64,000 bases of DNA from a virus (Duplodnaviria; Caudoviricetes): positions 1 through 64,000 of the IMG/VR virus record IMGVR_UViG_3300042317_001691; one strand, 5' to 3'. A model generated the notes under the pieces. The model was not told the DNA's origin and did no database searches. It saw nothing but the letters and a program-made list of their open reading frames with translations. Made by a program: the position numbers and the translations under genes. Positions 27,537 to 37,217 of the stretch are shown in pieces. The number at the start of each line of letters is the position of its first letter. Within the stretch, counting starts at the first letter, position 1.

Positions 27537-28409
27537 TTAAAAGTTCTTAATGATCTCGTTAAGATCAAAAACGTCTGCAGAACTATATGGGTAATCATGA
27601 ACTCTATGTCCAGAAAAATCATGTTCTTCAATATACCCTTCAATAGAAACTTGCTTCAGTACCTTTAATTTTGAGTCTGGATTTACGTTTTTATTATTTT
27701 TATATCCAAAAACTACGGGTTTATTTGTAATCCAACAGACGGTGCTTGTTTGGTTAAATGCGGCAGCGGCGTGCTGCATAAAACTATCAATTCCTAGTCT
27801 AGCTTGCGAGCTTTGAATTAATCCAAACAAATCCCTAAATGGTGCATGTATGTGTTGTACGTTTTGAAGCTTAATCTGATCTTCTCTACAAAATTGCAAA
27901 ATATGATATTTTTGACCTAATACGTTAACGATGGCTTGAGCTTGATGTGGGGGAATGTCGCGATTCCAACTATATTGAACGTCCTTGCTGCCTCCGCCAA
28001 AAGGCTGAAAGATTAAAGTTGGTTTACCAGTTGGAGATTGAAATCTTGTTTTATTGATCTCTACTGGATTTAAATAAAGTTCTGGCTTTGGACCATCGTA
28101 TTTAATGCCCAAAACTTCGCACCAAGCTTCAGTTAAATGCATATTTTTCTTTAAGTATCCTTTGGCGAGATAAGGTTCATCGCACATAAAGATTGTATCG
28201 CCTCCTTTTACAAAATCTTCGTAAAAATAAGGGGCCATTCCAACCCTATAAAATCTATGCACATTAGGATTTCCAATAAAAACTTCTGGATATCCAGAAA
28301 CAACAATTAAATTATAATCTGGAAAAGATTTTTTTATAGCTCTGCATACTGCGGTGGCCATAATAGATTTTCCAATTCCGCCATTGATTTGAAAAATAAT
28401 GTTCTTCAT
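27537..28409 (-). CDS. GT9-like glycosyltransferase
   Basis: GGIGKSIMAT, IFQPFGG, LGIDSFMQHAAAA. Confidence 0.72.
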   Translation of the reverse strand: MKNIIFQINGGIGKSIMATAVCRAIKKSFPDYNLIVVSGYPEVFIGNPNVHRFYRVGMAPYFYEDFVKGGDTIFMCDEPYLAKGYLKKNMHLTEAWCEVLGIKYDGPKPELYLNPVEINKTRFQSPTGKPTLIFQPFGGGSKDVQYSWNRDIPPHQAQAIVNVLGQKYHILQFCREDQIKLQNVQHIHAPFRDLFGLIQSSQARLGIDSFMQHAAAAFNQTSTVCWITNKPVVFGYKNNKNVNPDSKLKVLKQVSIEGYIEEHDFSGHRVHDYPYSSADVFDLNEIIKNF

Positions 28410-28463
28410 TTATGAATTATAAATTAAATAGTGTAAAAATACACAGAGAACAAGGAAAAAGGA

Positions 28464-30407
28464 ATGAGTATTTTAATTCTATCCAATACGAGCGGACAAA
28501 TAGATTTTACATTAAAGGAAGGTTTTACTAGATTAACTGGTGGATTTGTGGGTCCAACTGAATTAGTTGATGGTTTCACTGTTCAAGATGGAAATCAACA
28601 AACTGGAATCTATGTAGGCAATTCTTGCATTCAATTATGTAAAAATACAATTGATTTTAAAGAGGTTGCAAATGTAAATTTATTAGTTCCAAATACAAGA
28701 TGTTTTTCTGTTTCTGGTAATGGTAGTAATTTTTTATTTAATGAAGAGGGCACAGTTTCTTTTGGGTCTGGAATAGATACTAATTATAAAGGTGTTCAAT
28801 CTTATTCGACTAATCCTTCTTTAGTTCTTAGGAATACAAATTCAACTTGTAACCAAGCAGTAAGATTTTTAAATAATGCTGGAATAGAATCCTTTTACAT
28901 ATGTCAAAATGATGGTTTGGGAGTAAGTATATGCGGTAAATGTTTGGAATTGTCAACAAGTAGTGGACCATCTATTTGCTTAAGCGGAGATCACATCAGC
29001 TTCAATGCTCCAATAGATAGTAGTTATAATAATTTGTTTAATGGTTCAACATTTTTAAGTGGTGGGGCTTACCTAAGAGGAAATACAACTGGATCTGGTA
29101 TTTTTTGTTATTTTAATTCTGATAGTGCTATAGTGGGATTAAGTATAAATACATGTTCTTATTTTTGCAAAAATGCCGCATTTTCTGGCGGATTATTTGT
29201 AACTGGAAATACTTCTTTTTTGTGTTCTGATAATTATATTTGCTCAAGAACTGGTTATTTTACTTGCTCCTCGGGAAGTGTTTCTAATTATGAAACTTCT
29301 TATAATAAAATTTTATGCATTAATGATTATGGCTCCATAACTGAAGCAAATGGATTAAATTTTACTGGAAATAAAACTGCATTTTTAAGTGGCATATGCA
29401 CTAGTGGTGTTTGTATTCCTACTGGTTATTTTAATTCTACTCTTCCAAATGGCTTGAACATTTCTGGAAATTTAAACTTGACTGGTTCATTAAATATACG
29501 TTCGCCTTTAAGTAGTCCAACTACAAATCTTATTTCTGGATGTTCATTTCAATTAATTTCAACAAGTACGGCAATAACATGGCCAAATAACATATCTGGT
29601 AATTTATCAATTAGTGGTTGTTTATGTGGCACGGAAACAAGTTATTTTCGTAATTTTTGTTCTTTTGGTAGTACTATTTCTTGTTTTTTAGGGCCAGTTT
29701 GTGTTGACAATACTTTTTGTACAAAGTCAATTTGCGCTGAAAATATAACTGGAAATACTATATCTGGAAATCAGTTAATTTCTGGAAACTGTGGTTATTT
29801 TAATTGTTTTCAACAGATAAAGGGGACCGAGGTCAGTTGTTTTTCTTCTTCTGGATTGAATGTAGGCTTAAGTCAAACTGGAGTAATTAAATCTGCAAAT
29901 ACTTCAAAAGCTTGGGGAGTTTTAGGAATTTCTGCTGGGGGGGCAACTTTTTGCTGTGGATTTAATTTGAAATCTGCTCAAATTTATGCTCAGAATACAA
30001 CTTCGACAAGTTTAATATATGCACATGGAATTTGTTTTTGTGAACCAATAAAATATCCATTTCTAATTAATTTTAATGTTTATGGACTTACAAGTGCTAT
30101 AACTGGTGTATCTTCTACTAATACTGCCTTTGGTTTATCTCCGAGTCCTTTAGGTTTTACTGGTGTAACGACTATAGCTAGTCCTGTTATTGGCGCTGGT
30201 ACTGGTGTATCTCCCATAAATGTTCAACTTTATTCAAATATGGGAAGATGCTCCACTGACTCCAAATTATCTTTATTTCAAAATGGTAGTACCTATTCTG
30301 AAATATATTTTAATTTTACAAACTGTAAAGGTGGAGCTACTCCATATTCAGATTTAACAAGAGCAAATGCGAGCGGAGTAATTCATTTCAATATTTTAGG
30401 ATATTAA
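28464..30407 (+). CDS. Cys/Gly/Ser-rich putative tail fibre
   Basis: Low-complexity SG/TG beta-repeat character; KAWG motif near the C-terminus; followed by a chaperone-like gene. Confidence 0.6.
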   Translation: MSILILSNTSGQIDFTLKEGFTRLTGGFVGPTELVDGFTVQDGNQQTGIYVGNSCIQLCKNTIDFKEVANVNLLVPNTRCFSVSGNGSNFLFNEEGTVSFGSGIDTNYKGVQSYSTNPSLVLRNTNSTCNQAVRFLNNAGIESFYICQNDGLGVSICGKCLELSTSSGPSICLSGDHISFNAPIDSSYNNLFNGSTFLSGGAYLRGNTTGSGIFCYFNSDSAIVGLSINTCSYFCKNAAFSGGLFVTGNTSFLCSDNYICSRTGYFTCSSGSVSNYETSYNKILCINDYGSITEANGLNFTGNKTAFLSGICTSGVCIPTGYFNSTLPNGLNISGNLNLTGSLNIRSPLSSPTTNLISGCSFQLISTSTAITWPNNISGNLSISGCLCGTETSYFRNFCSFGSTISCFLGPVCVDNTFCTKSICAENITGNTISGNQLISGNCGYFNCFQQIKGTEVSCFSSSGLNVGLSQTGVIKSANTSKAWGVLGISAGGATFCCGFNLKSAQIYAQNTTSTSLIYAHGICFCEPIKYPFLINFNVYGLTSAITGVSSTNTAFGLSPSPLGFTGVTTIASPVIGAGTGVSPINVQLYSNMGRCSTDSKLSLFQNGSTYSEIYFNFTNCKGGATPYSDLTRANASGVIHFNILGY

Positions 30408-30408
30408 T

Positions 30409-30843
30409 ATGTATCAATTAATTTTATTAAAAGACGGTTTGTTGCAAATTTCAAATTTTAAAAGTCAAGCTGAAGCTTATTCATATGTATCTTCGGCTGC
30501 GCCAAATAAGTATAAAATATATCCACCAAACAAGAATAGAAAATTAGACGTAATTAATTCTTACTATTGGGACGAATCAAAACAAGATTTTGTAATTAAT
30601 ATTTCTATTGCAAAAGAAATTAGAAAAAATCTATTCAGAGAAATAAGATCTATTCTTTTTGAAAAATTAGATAAGGCATTTTTAAAAGCTTTAGAGCAAG
30701 ATGACGCTGAAAGAAAAAATTATATTGTAAATTTAAAAAATCAATTTAGAGACATAACTGATTTAGATTTGCCAGATACGGAAGAAGAATTAATTAATTT
30801 TGTTCCTGCTGTTTTTAAAGAAGTTTACGATTTAGTTATCTAA
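30409..30843 (+). CDS. Putative tail fibre assembly chaperone
   Basis: AKEI...R..LFEKLD..F.KALE...LRDIT-like pattern directly after the fibre gene. Confidence 0.55.
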   Translation: MYQLILLKDGLLQISNFKSQAEAYSYVSSAAPNKYKIYPPNKNRKLDVINSYYWDESKQDFVINISIAKEIRKNLFREIRSILFEKLDKAFLKALEQDDAERKNYIVNLKNQFRDITDLDLPDTEEELINFVPAVFKEVYDLVI

Positions 30844-31917
30844 AATTAATTGAGAAAACGTCCTAACAAATAAATCTTTATTCCTGTCAAACACAGGTAT
30901 TCCAGCAAATTTATAAAAATGCTTTGAAAAATTTGTTGCTAATTTTGCCATCTTTGACGTTCTTTGTTTATTCAAAATAATAACTTCTTTCACGTACTCT
31001 TTAATCAAATCTAAGAATTTTTTTCTTATCCAAATTTTTTTGCAAATCTTATATTCTTCGATAAAGCTTCCTGCCATTAGTCTATTTTCTACTAATTTGG
31101 AATCTTTCATTCTCCTTGAAAGAAAATCATGCTCCTTTAAACCCGTCATTTGCAATTCAAAAATTATATTTACCAAATCAAATAAAGGGCTTCCCAAAAA
31201 ACAGTTTTCAAAATTAATAAATTTAAATTTTGATAAGTTGTTGATAATGGTGCTACTATTTAGGTTGCCATGAACAAATCTTTTTGATGTTATCTTTTTT
31301 TCATTATCGTTAAAAATACTTAACATTTCTGAAAATGTTTCAGTATATATTTCTTTAATAAATTTAAATACTTCCTCTTCTCCACTATCTACATAAGATA
31401 TAATCTTGTCAAAATTAATATTTTGATATTCTAAAAAAGATTTTGTGTCATCTAGGTATTCGTGCACTTCTTCTGGTGGTGTATAACTGTGAAGTATTGA
31501 TAATTTGTTATTAAAGTCTTTAAAGTATTCATCTAGAATTGCTGAATTTCCAATTGAATTTAAATTATCAGAGTATTCGTAAGACTGCAGTGTATAGAAA
31601 ATTTTTTGTCCATATGGAATTTCATTTCTGTCAATTACTTGTGGAGCTAATTGCAATTCTTCTATTCCTTTAAGCACCATATGTTCATAATATATTGGAA
31701 TAGGATCAAAGGACATTTTTAAACAAATTCCAAGATCGTCCGCTTCAATAAAAAAAGAATCATAATCATCATTTTCATCAATAAGTTTAACGGTTTGCAA
31801 ATTTTCCTCGCCATGTCTTTTCATTATTAATTTAATGAGTTCCATTTGAGATTCTGGAACAAAATCCGCTCTTGGTATTAAAAAACATCTTTCTTTTAAG
31901 GAGTCCAATATGTTCAT
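30832..31917 (-). CDS. APH/choline kinase-fold protein with degenerate catalytic motifs
   Basis: FVHGNL..STI and FINFE..LGSPLFDL match the HGDL..N/IDWE..G.P..DL layout. Confidence 0.6.
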   Translation of the reverse strand: MNILDSLKERCFLIPRADFVPESQMELIKLIMKRHGEENLQTVKLIDENDDYDSFFIEADDLGICLKMSFDPIPIYYEHMVLKGIEELQLAPQVIDRNEIPYGQKIFYTLQSYEYSDNLNSIGNSAILDEYFKDFNNKLSILHSYTPPEEVHEYLDDTKSFLEYQNINFDKIISYVDSGEEEVFKFIKEIYTETFSEMLSIFNDNEKKITSKRFVHGNLNSSTIINNLSKFKFINFENCFLGSPLFDLVNIIFELQMTGLKEHDFLSRRMKDSKLVENRLMAGSFIEEYKICKKIWIRKKFLDLIKEYVKEVIILNKQRTSKMAKLATNFSKHFYKFAGIPVFDRNKDLFVRTFSQLILDN

Positions 31918-31940
31918 ATATTATATTACATTGTAAAGCG

Positions 31941-31972
31941 AAAAACCCCACCAAGTTTCCTTGGTGGGGTTT
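31941..31972 (-). terminator. Intrinsic terminator
   Basis: AAACCCCACCAAG-GAAA-CTTGGTGGGGTTTTT on the minus strand. Confidence 0.85.
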
Positions 31973-31993
31973 GGAGTTTGATTGAATTAAATA

Positions 31994-32230
31994 TTAAACA
32001 GTTGCTCCAACAACTTGGGTCTTTAAGATCCTTCGATTTCGAACATTATTACGATCATATACCATAAGATATCGATCTGATTGGCTGCGATACTGAGCAT
32101 TAATTCGCTCGCCACTTGAGAGATATAGGCCGAAGAATCGACCCTTGGTATTTGGAAGACGATCAAACAACGAAGACGTTGTTCTCGTAAGCCTGCTTGT
32201 GGTTTTTGCGGTAACTTTAGTAGTACTCAT
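31994..32230 (-). CDS. Small basic hypothetical protein, monocistronic
   Basis: Likely start MSTTKV at 32230; has its own promoter and terminator. Confidence 0.7.
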   Translation of the reverse strand: MSTTKVTAKTTSRLTRTTSSLFDRLPNTKGRFFGLYLSSGERINAQYRSQSDRYLMVYDRNNVRNRRILKTQVVGATV

Positions 32231-32237
32231 ATGTGTG

Positions 32238-32266
32238 ATATTAAACAAACACTAGTTCGTTGTCAA
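32238..32266 (-). promoter_or_regulatory. sigma70-like promoter
   Basis: TTGACA-N17-TAATAT. Confidence 0.7.
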
Positions 32267-34649
32267 CAACTTTAAAGGAAATTTCCTCTAAATTTTCGTT
32301 TCCAACAATAAATTTACATAGTGGCAATTCAAATTTATTCCTTAATACTTTTTGTACTGCCCTTGCGTTATTTCCATCTTTTTCAATCAAATTGTATAGA
32401 TGATCAAGAAGCTCTTGGTTTTTATTAAATTTTATATTTTTCTCAGATAGAGAATTTTTAATTTCATCAAGAGTGAAGCAGATCATTTTGATAAGTCCAT
32501 CTTTGGAAAATTTGTTGTTAAATATTAGGACTTCATCTAATCTTGAAATTAATTCTGGCTTGAATGTTTTCTTGAGCGAGTTTTCATAATCATTCTTTCT
32601 TGTTTCTGTAGTTTTTTGTACCACGAAGCCCATTGATTTTGACGTTTCAGTTTCTGCGCCTATGTTTCCAGTCATTACAATAATCGTATTTGTGAAATCA
32701 ATTTTCCTGTTGAAGTTATCAATAATGATTCCTTCGTCCATTATTTTTAATAAAATATTGACTACATCAGGATGAGCCTTCTCAACTTCATCGAATAGAA
32801 TCAATGAGAAGGGATTGTTTCTTACAAATTCAGATAGCAAGCCTCCTTCTTCGTAACCCACATATCCTGCAGTAGCTCCTAACAGTTTTGAAACTGAATT
32901 TTTATCTACAAATTCAGCCATGTCAATCTGTAGGAAAGAATTAGGCTTATTAAAAAATTTCTCGGCAATAATTTTTGCAGTATACGTTTTACCAACTCCT
33001 GTAGATCCAATAAACAGTAGATTGGCTAAAGTCTTTTTTCTCTTTTTAATTCCAGCTTTTGCGCACAGAAGAATTTCGTAAATTTTATTGATAACTTCTT
33101 CTTGATCTACCACAAGTTCATTTATCTCTTCTTTTAGCGACAAAACACTATTTGCAGAACCTATTTTTAGTTTCTCTTTATCTAAACCGCTGATCTTAGA
33201 GAAGGTTTCGAAAATGTGATCGTTTTCAATTTTAAACAAATTTTCAGAAGTCTTTTTTATCCAGACATTTCTTTTCGTTAAATATTCTTGGAGCTTTTTT
33301 TCGCATTTTTGCTTTTCAATGTCTGAAGACAAATCTGTTTTATCCATATAAGAAAGAAGCTTTTCTTCAATCTTTTTTATATTATCTGGAACTTCGTATT
33401 TAATCAATTTGCCCTTCGCTCCAATTCTATCAAGGATGTCAAATGCCTTATCTGGAAATCTTCTGTAGGGCAAATATTTATCAGAAAGTTCAATAATGTT
33501 ATTGATTATTTCATCATCATAGGTCACCCCATGAAACATTTCATATGAAACTTTTGCTTTCTTGAGGATTTCAAATGTTTGTTTTTTATTAGGCTCATCA
33601 ATATTAATTAACTGAAATCTTCTATTCAATGCCGAATCTTTTTCAAAATATTTTTTATATTCAGCATGAGTTGTAGCTCCAATGCATTTTATTTCACCTC
33701 TCGCTAGAGGAGGTTTAATCATATTTGCCAAATCTAAACTGCCCTCATTTGAGCCAGTTCCTACGATAGAATGAATTTCATCAATAAATAAGATGGCATG
33801 GGGATCTTCTTTTAATTCGTCTATCAGGCCCTTAAATCTTTCTTCAAACTGACCTCTGTATTTTGTGCCAGCAACAAGTGCACTCAGATCAAGTGAGTAA
33901 ATTTTAAATCCAGCAAAAAATACTGGACACTCACCCGAATTAATTCTCTGCGCCAACGCTTCAACAACGGCAGTTTTTCCTACTCCAGCATCGCCAACAA
34001 GAATAGCGTTGTTCTTTACTTTACAAGAAAGAACCTCAATCAATTTATCAAGCTCAGAATCTCTGCCATTAATTTTTGAGTCTAATTTTAAAACTAATTT
34101 AGTGAGATCATTGCAATATTTTTCTACAAATTTTCCTTGCTCTTTTTTGCTTGGGTCTGATTTTTCTTTTTCTTGTTGGGGTTGATCTTGTCCACTTTCT
34201 GTTGGGTGAAGAGTTTGCAGGATCGCATCTGCGATTTCTTCAACGGGAACTTCTTTTGAAATTAAATAGTTTCTTAAGAAGCTGTCCCTCTTAAAAATTC
34301 CATATATTACGTGCTCTACACCTATAAATTCTTGATCCAGATCTTTAGAAAGTTCATAGCTATAGCGTAAACTAAACTCTAAATCTTCACTCCACCAATC
34401 TTCTGTTTTTTCAGCTTTCTTAAAAAAAGATGACTCTAAAGTGGGAAGCTCTATAACTAAACAATTCTTTAAAGCGTCTACATTAATCTTAAAATGATTT
34501 AAGATATTTTTAATGGCTATAGTGCCATTATCTAATAAAGCGTAAAATAAATGCGCGGAATTGACCTTTTGATGCTTATTTTTATTCGCTATTTCAATTG
34601 CGTCCTCAATGGATTTTTTTGCCCGAGGAACTAGATTGTATTTTTCCAT
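32241..34649 (-). CDS. ClpC/ClpA-like Hsp100 AAA+ ATPase
   Basis: Clp N-domain, two Walker A motifs (GDAGVGKT, GSTGVGKT), FIDEIH, LFDEVEKAHP, RRFPDKA, MGF loop. Confidence 0.92.
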   Translation of the reverse strand: MEKYNLVPRAKKSIEDAIEIANKNKHQKVNSAHLFYALLDNGTIAIKNILNHFKINVDALKNCLVIELPTLESSFFKKAEKTEDWWSEDLEFSLRYSYELSKDLDQEFIGVEHVIYGIFKRDSFLRNYLISKEVPVEEIADAILQTLHPTESGQDQPQQEKEKSDPSKKEQGKFVEKYCNDLTKLVLKLDSKINGRDSELDKLIEVLSCKVKNNAILVGDAGVGKTAVVEALAQRINSGECPVFFAGFKIYSLDLSALVAGTKYRGQFEERFKGLIDELKEDPHAILFIDEIHSIVGTGSNEGSLDLANMIKPPLARGEIKCIGATTHAEYKKYFEKDSALNRRFQLINIDEPNKKQTFEILKKAKVSYEMFHGVTYDDEIINNIIELSDKYLPYRRFPDKAFDILDRIGAKGKLIKYEVPDNIKKIEEKLLSYMDKTDLSSDIEKQKCEKKLQEYLTKRNVWIKKTSENLFKIENDHIFETFSKISGLDKEKLKIGSANSVLSLKEEINELVVDQEEVINKIYEILLCAKAGIKKRKKTLANLLFIGSTGVGKTYTAKIIAEKFFNKPNSFLQIDMAEFVDKNSVSKLLGATAGYVGYEEGGLLSEFVRNNPFSLILFDEVEKAHPDVVNILLKIMDEGIIIDNFNRKIDFTNTIIVMTGNIGAETETSKSMGFVVQKTTETRKNDYENSLKKTFKPELISRLDEVLIFNNKFSKDGLIKMICFTLDEIKNSLSEKNIKFNKNQELLDHLYNLIEKDGNNARAVQKVLRNKFELPLCKFIVGNENLEEISFKVVDNELVFV

Positions 34650-34663
34650 CTTCATTTTTTACA

Positions 34664-37216
34664 CTATTTTAGTTCTGAGAGTTTCATATAGATTTTTTCA
34701 TCCAATATGAAAATGTTATCCAAGAACATCGTATCCGTTGATTTCCGTCCTGTCAATACTACAACGCTATCTTCTTTGGGAGTTTTACCACCGTTTTCAA
34801 AATATTCCGTCATTTTGTTTCGATTGCCGTCCATGAGCATGGCGGACATCGAGCCGTATTCATCTTGAATATTTACTCTTAAATATTTGTTTCCGTTTCT
34901 ACTTGTTCTTTTTTCCGCTTCAGTTACCCAACCTACAATTTTAATTTGCGAGTTGTTTTCTGTAGATCTAAACTCTAGAGTGTTGGCAAAATTATTTTCG
35001 TCGCCATCTTTAAAAATCTCTCTGATTTTATGTGAATAAGAGTAGCCAAGAAGCTTCTTTTCAAAAAACCAGTTTGCAAATTTTTGATGCTTTGCATTCT
35101 TATCATAAATTTCTTTATACGACTGATATTTTTTCTTAAAGGTTTCGAATCTTTTGTCAGTCATTATTTTTTTATTGTCGTCTCCAATCATTGAATCTTT
35201 AACGACCGCTTTAATTGAATTTAAGATATCAAAATTATGATTCTGTCCAAGATTAACGAATTGAATCTTTTCCCTATCAGTCAGTAAATTGAAAGCTTGA
35301 GCCTCCAAAACCAACCTGCACCTGTCGCTAGAAAAGCTATCTAGGGCTCCCGCTTGAATTAGTGCTGACAATGCCCCGATATTCAATCCAGACTCTTTTG
35401 CAGCAATAAAAATATCATATTTATTAACAAACGTGGATTGTCTAAAATCAATAAGAGATTCTAATACTTTTGTTGAGATTCCTTTGATTGAATTTAAGCC
35501 ATATCTGATGTCTCTGCCTTCAATTTTAAAGTCAGAATCTGACTTTGCTAAATCTGGTGGCAAAAGCTTCATGTCGAAATAACAAAGCTCTTTTGAGATT
35601 TTGGAGATTTCTTCGTGTGGATCTGGTTCGTACTGGGTCGATTTAAGCAAGCTCAAAAAGAACTCTTGTGGATAATTAAATTTTAAATATATAGTCCAAG
35701 CTGCAAGAATCGCATAGGAAATTGAGTGCGATTTATTGAAGCTGTAGTTTGCGCTATCTTCCGCAACTTTCCAAAGTATAGATGCGATCTCTTCCGAAAG
35801 ACCATTTTCTTTGATCTTGTCTTCAATTTTTTGTTTCCACGCTTCAATCTGATCAACCTTTTTCTTTCCTACAATTCTTCTAAGCTGTTCAGCTTCATCA
35901 AGAGTAAATCCTACTTTAACTGCCATTTTCATTAACTGTTCCTGATAAAGAGGAATGCCCCCTGTATAGGAAAGTACGTCATCAAAAAATGGATTAACAC
36001 TTTGGAAGCTTCCTGTTTCCGTATATGTTGCGTAATTCTGCAAAAACTCTAAAGCTCCAGGTCTTGCAATTGCCACTACGGCAGATAATTCTTCTAGACT
36101 TTTTGGTTTGACTTTTTGGCAAACTCTAAAGTTTGTATCTGCTTCAATTTGAAACAGTCCTTGGGGATTCTGAAGTTGTTGCAGATTGTTATAAATCAAA
36201 GAACTAGATAGATCTATTTCCTCTAATTTAATACCCGTTTCTTTTGCTACGTTTTGAAGTACTGAAAGAGTGCGAAGTCCAAGAATATCAAATTTAACAG
36301 TTAGTTCGGATACGTTATTCATGTCGTATCCAGAAACCAAATCTCCATCGCTGGTTTTCTGAACTGGCATGAGATTGCTCATTTCATCGTATGAAATGGC
36401 AATTCCAGATGGATGAACTCCAGTATTTTTGTTTAAATTCTCTAATTTGCGAGCAATTTCATATACTTTTGGATGGAGGTTTGCAAAAGCTCTGAATTTT
36501 TCAGATTCTTTGTACGCCTCTGTTAAGGGCGCAACCTTTCCGAATTTTTTGGGGATGGAGTCACTAATTTCGTTTACTTTTGCTTCGTCCAACTCCCCTA
36601 CGATTTTACCACATTCTTTAATGCAAAGTTTACCGCTCAAAGTATTCATCGTGAGAATCTTTGAGGTTTTTCCTTTATATTTTTCTTCAATGTATTGGAT
36701 TACTTCTTTTCTTCTTTCGTAGCTGATATCGTTATCAACATCTGCTAGCAGTGAGCCGTCCAAATAAGTGACTCCGTTGTGTTCAATTTTTTTGGCGCGA
36801 CTTTTTGAAACAAATCTTTCAAAGAACAGTCCATACTTAATTGGGTCTACTTTGGTCACTCCAATCAAATAAAGAATTAAACTACCTGCTGCGCTTCCGC
36901 GACCTGGACCAGTAGGAATGTCATTCTCATGGCAAAAATTCAATATGTCCCAATTCAGTAAAACATAATCAATAAATCCAAGCTCTTGAAAGATGGAAAG
37001 CTCAATTTTAGCCCTGTCGTAATATTCTTGCTTGTTAGGTAATTTATCAATTCCCTTGTCTTTGACGCCTTTGTGAGCAAGCTTTCTTAAAAAATCAAAG
37101 TTAGATGAAGTGCTCGGAATACTGAGCATATCGTAGTACTTGTTTTCTATTTTGATTTGTGGCAATAGAACGCCAACCGCAGTTGGAGTTTCGTATTTTT
37201 GAAATTCTTCGAACAT
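34664..37216 (-). CDS. dnaE: DNA polymerase III alpha catalytic core (lacks the PHP domain)
   Basis: GPGRGSAAGS, ADVDNDI, HPSGIAI, KFDILGLRTL, FNKSHS and C-terminal OB fold. Confidence 0.93.
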   Translation of the reverse strand: MFEEFQKYETPTAVGVLLPQIKIENKYYDMLSIPSTSSNFDFLRKLAHKGVKDKGIDKLPNKQEYYDRAKIELSIFQELGFIDYVLLNWDILNFCHENDIPTGPGRGSAAGSLILYLIGVTKVDPIKYGLFFERFVSKSRAKKIEHNGVTYLDGSLLADVDNDISYERRKEVIQYIEEKYKGKTSKILTMNTLSGKLCIKECGKIVGELDEAKVNEISDSIPKKFGKVAPLTEAYKESEKFRAFANLHPKVYEIARKLENLNKNTGVHPSGIAISYDEMSNLMPVQKTSDGDLVSGYDMNNVSELTVKFDILGLRTLSVLQNVAKETGIKLEEIDLSSSLIYNNLQQLQNPQGLFQIEADTNFRVCQKVKPKSLEELSAVVAIARPGALEFLQNYATYTETGSFQSVNPFFDDVLSYTGGIPLYQEQLMKMAVKVGFTLDEAEQLRRIVGKKKVDQIEAWKQKIEDKIKENGLSEEIASILWKVAEDSANYSFNKSHSISYAILAAWTIYLKFNYPQEFFLSLLKSTQYEPDPHEEISKISKELCYFDMKLLPPDLAKSDSDFKIEGRDIRYGLNSIKGISTKVLESLIDFRQSTFVNKYDIFIAAKESGLNIGALSALIQAGALDSFSSDRCRLVLEAQAFNLLTDREKIQFVNLGQNHNFDILNSIKAVVKDSMIGDDNKKIMTDKRFETFKKKYQSYKEIYDKNAKHQKFANWFFEKKLLGYSYSHKIREIFKDGDENNFANTLEFRSTENNSQIKIVGWVTEAEKRTSRNGNKYLRVNIQDEYGSMSAMLMDGNRNKMTEYFENGGKTPKEDSVVVLTGRKSTDTMFLDNIFILDEKIYMKLSELK

Positions 37217-37217
37217 A

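Noticed and set aside
28464-30407. N-x-S/T sequon enrichment as evidence of N-glycosylation
   Set aside because: About 19 sequons by eye, but the protein is very rich in Asn, Ser and Thr, so enrichment is not convincing without a statistical test
12538-30407. Diversity-generating retroelement targeting tail genes
   Set aside because: No reverse transcriptase and no template/variable repeat pair noticed in this window
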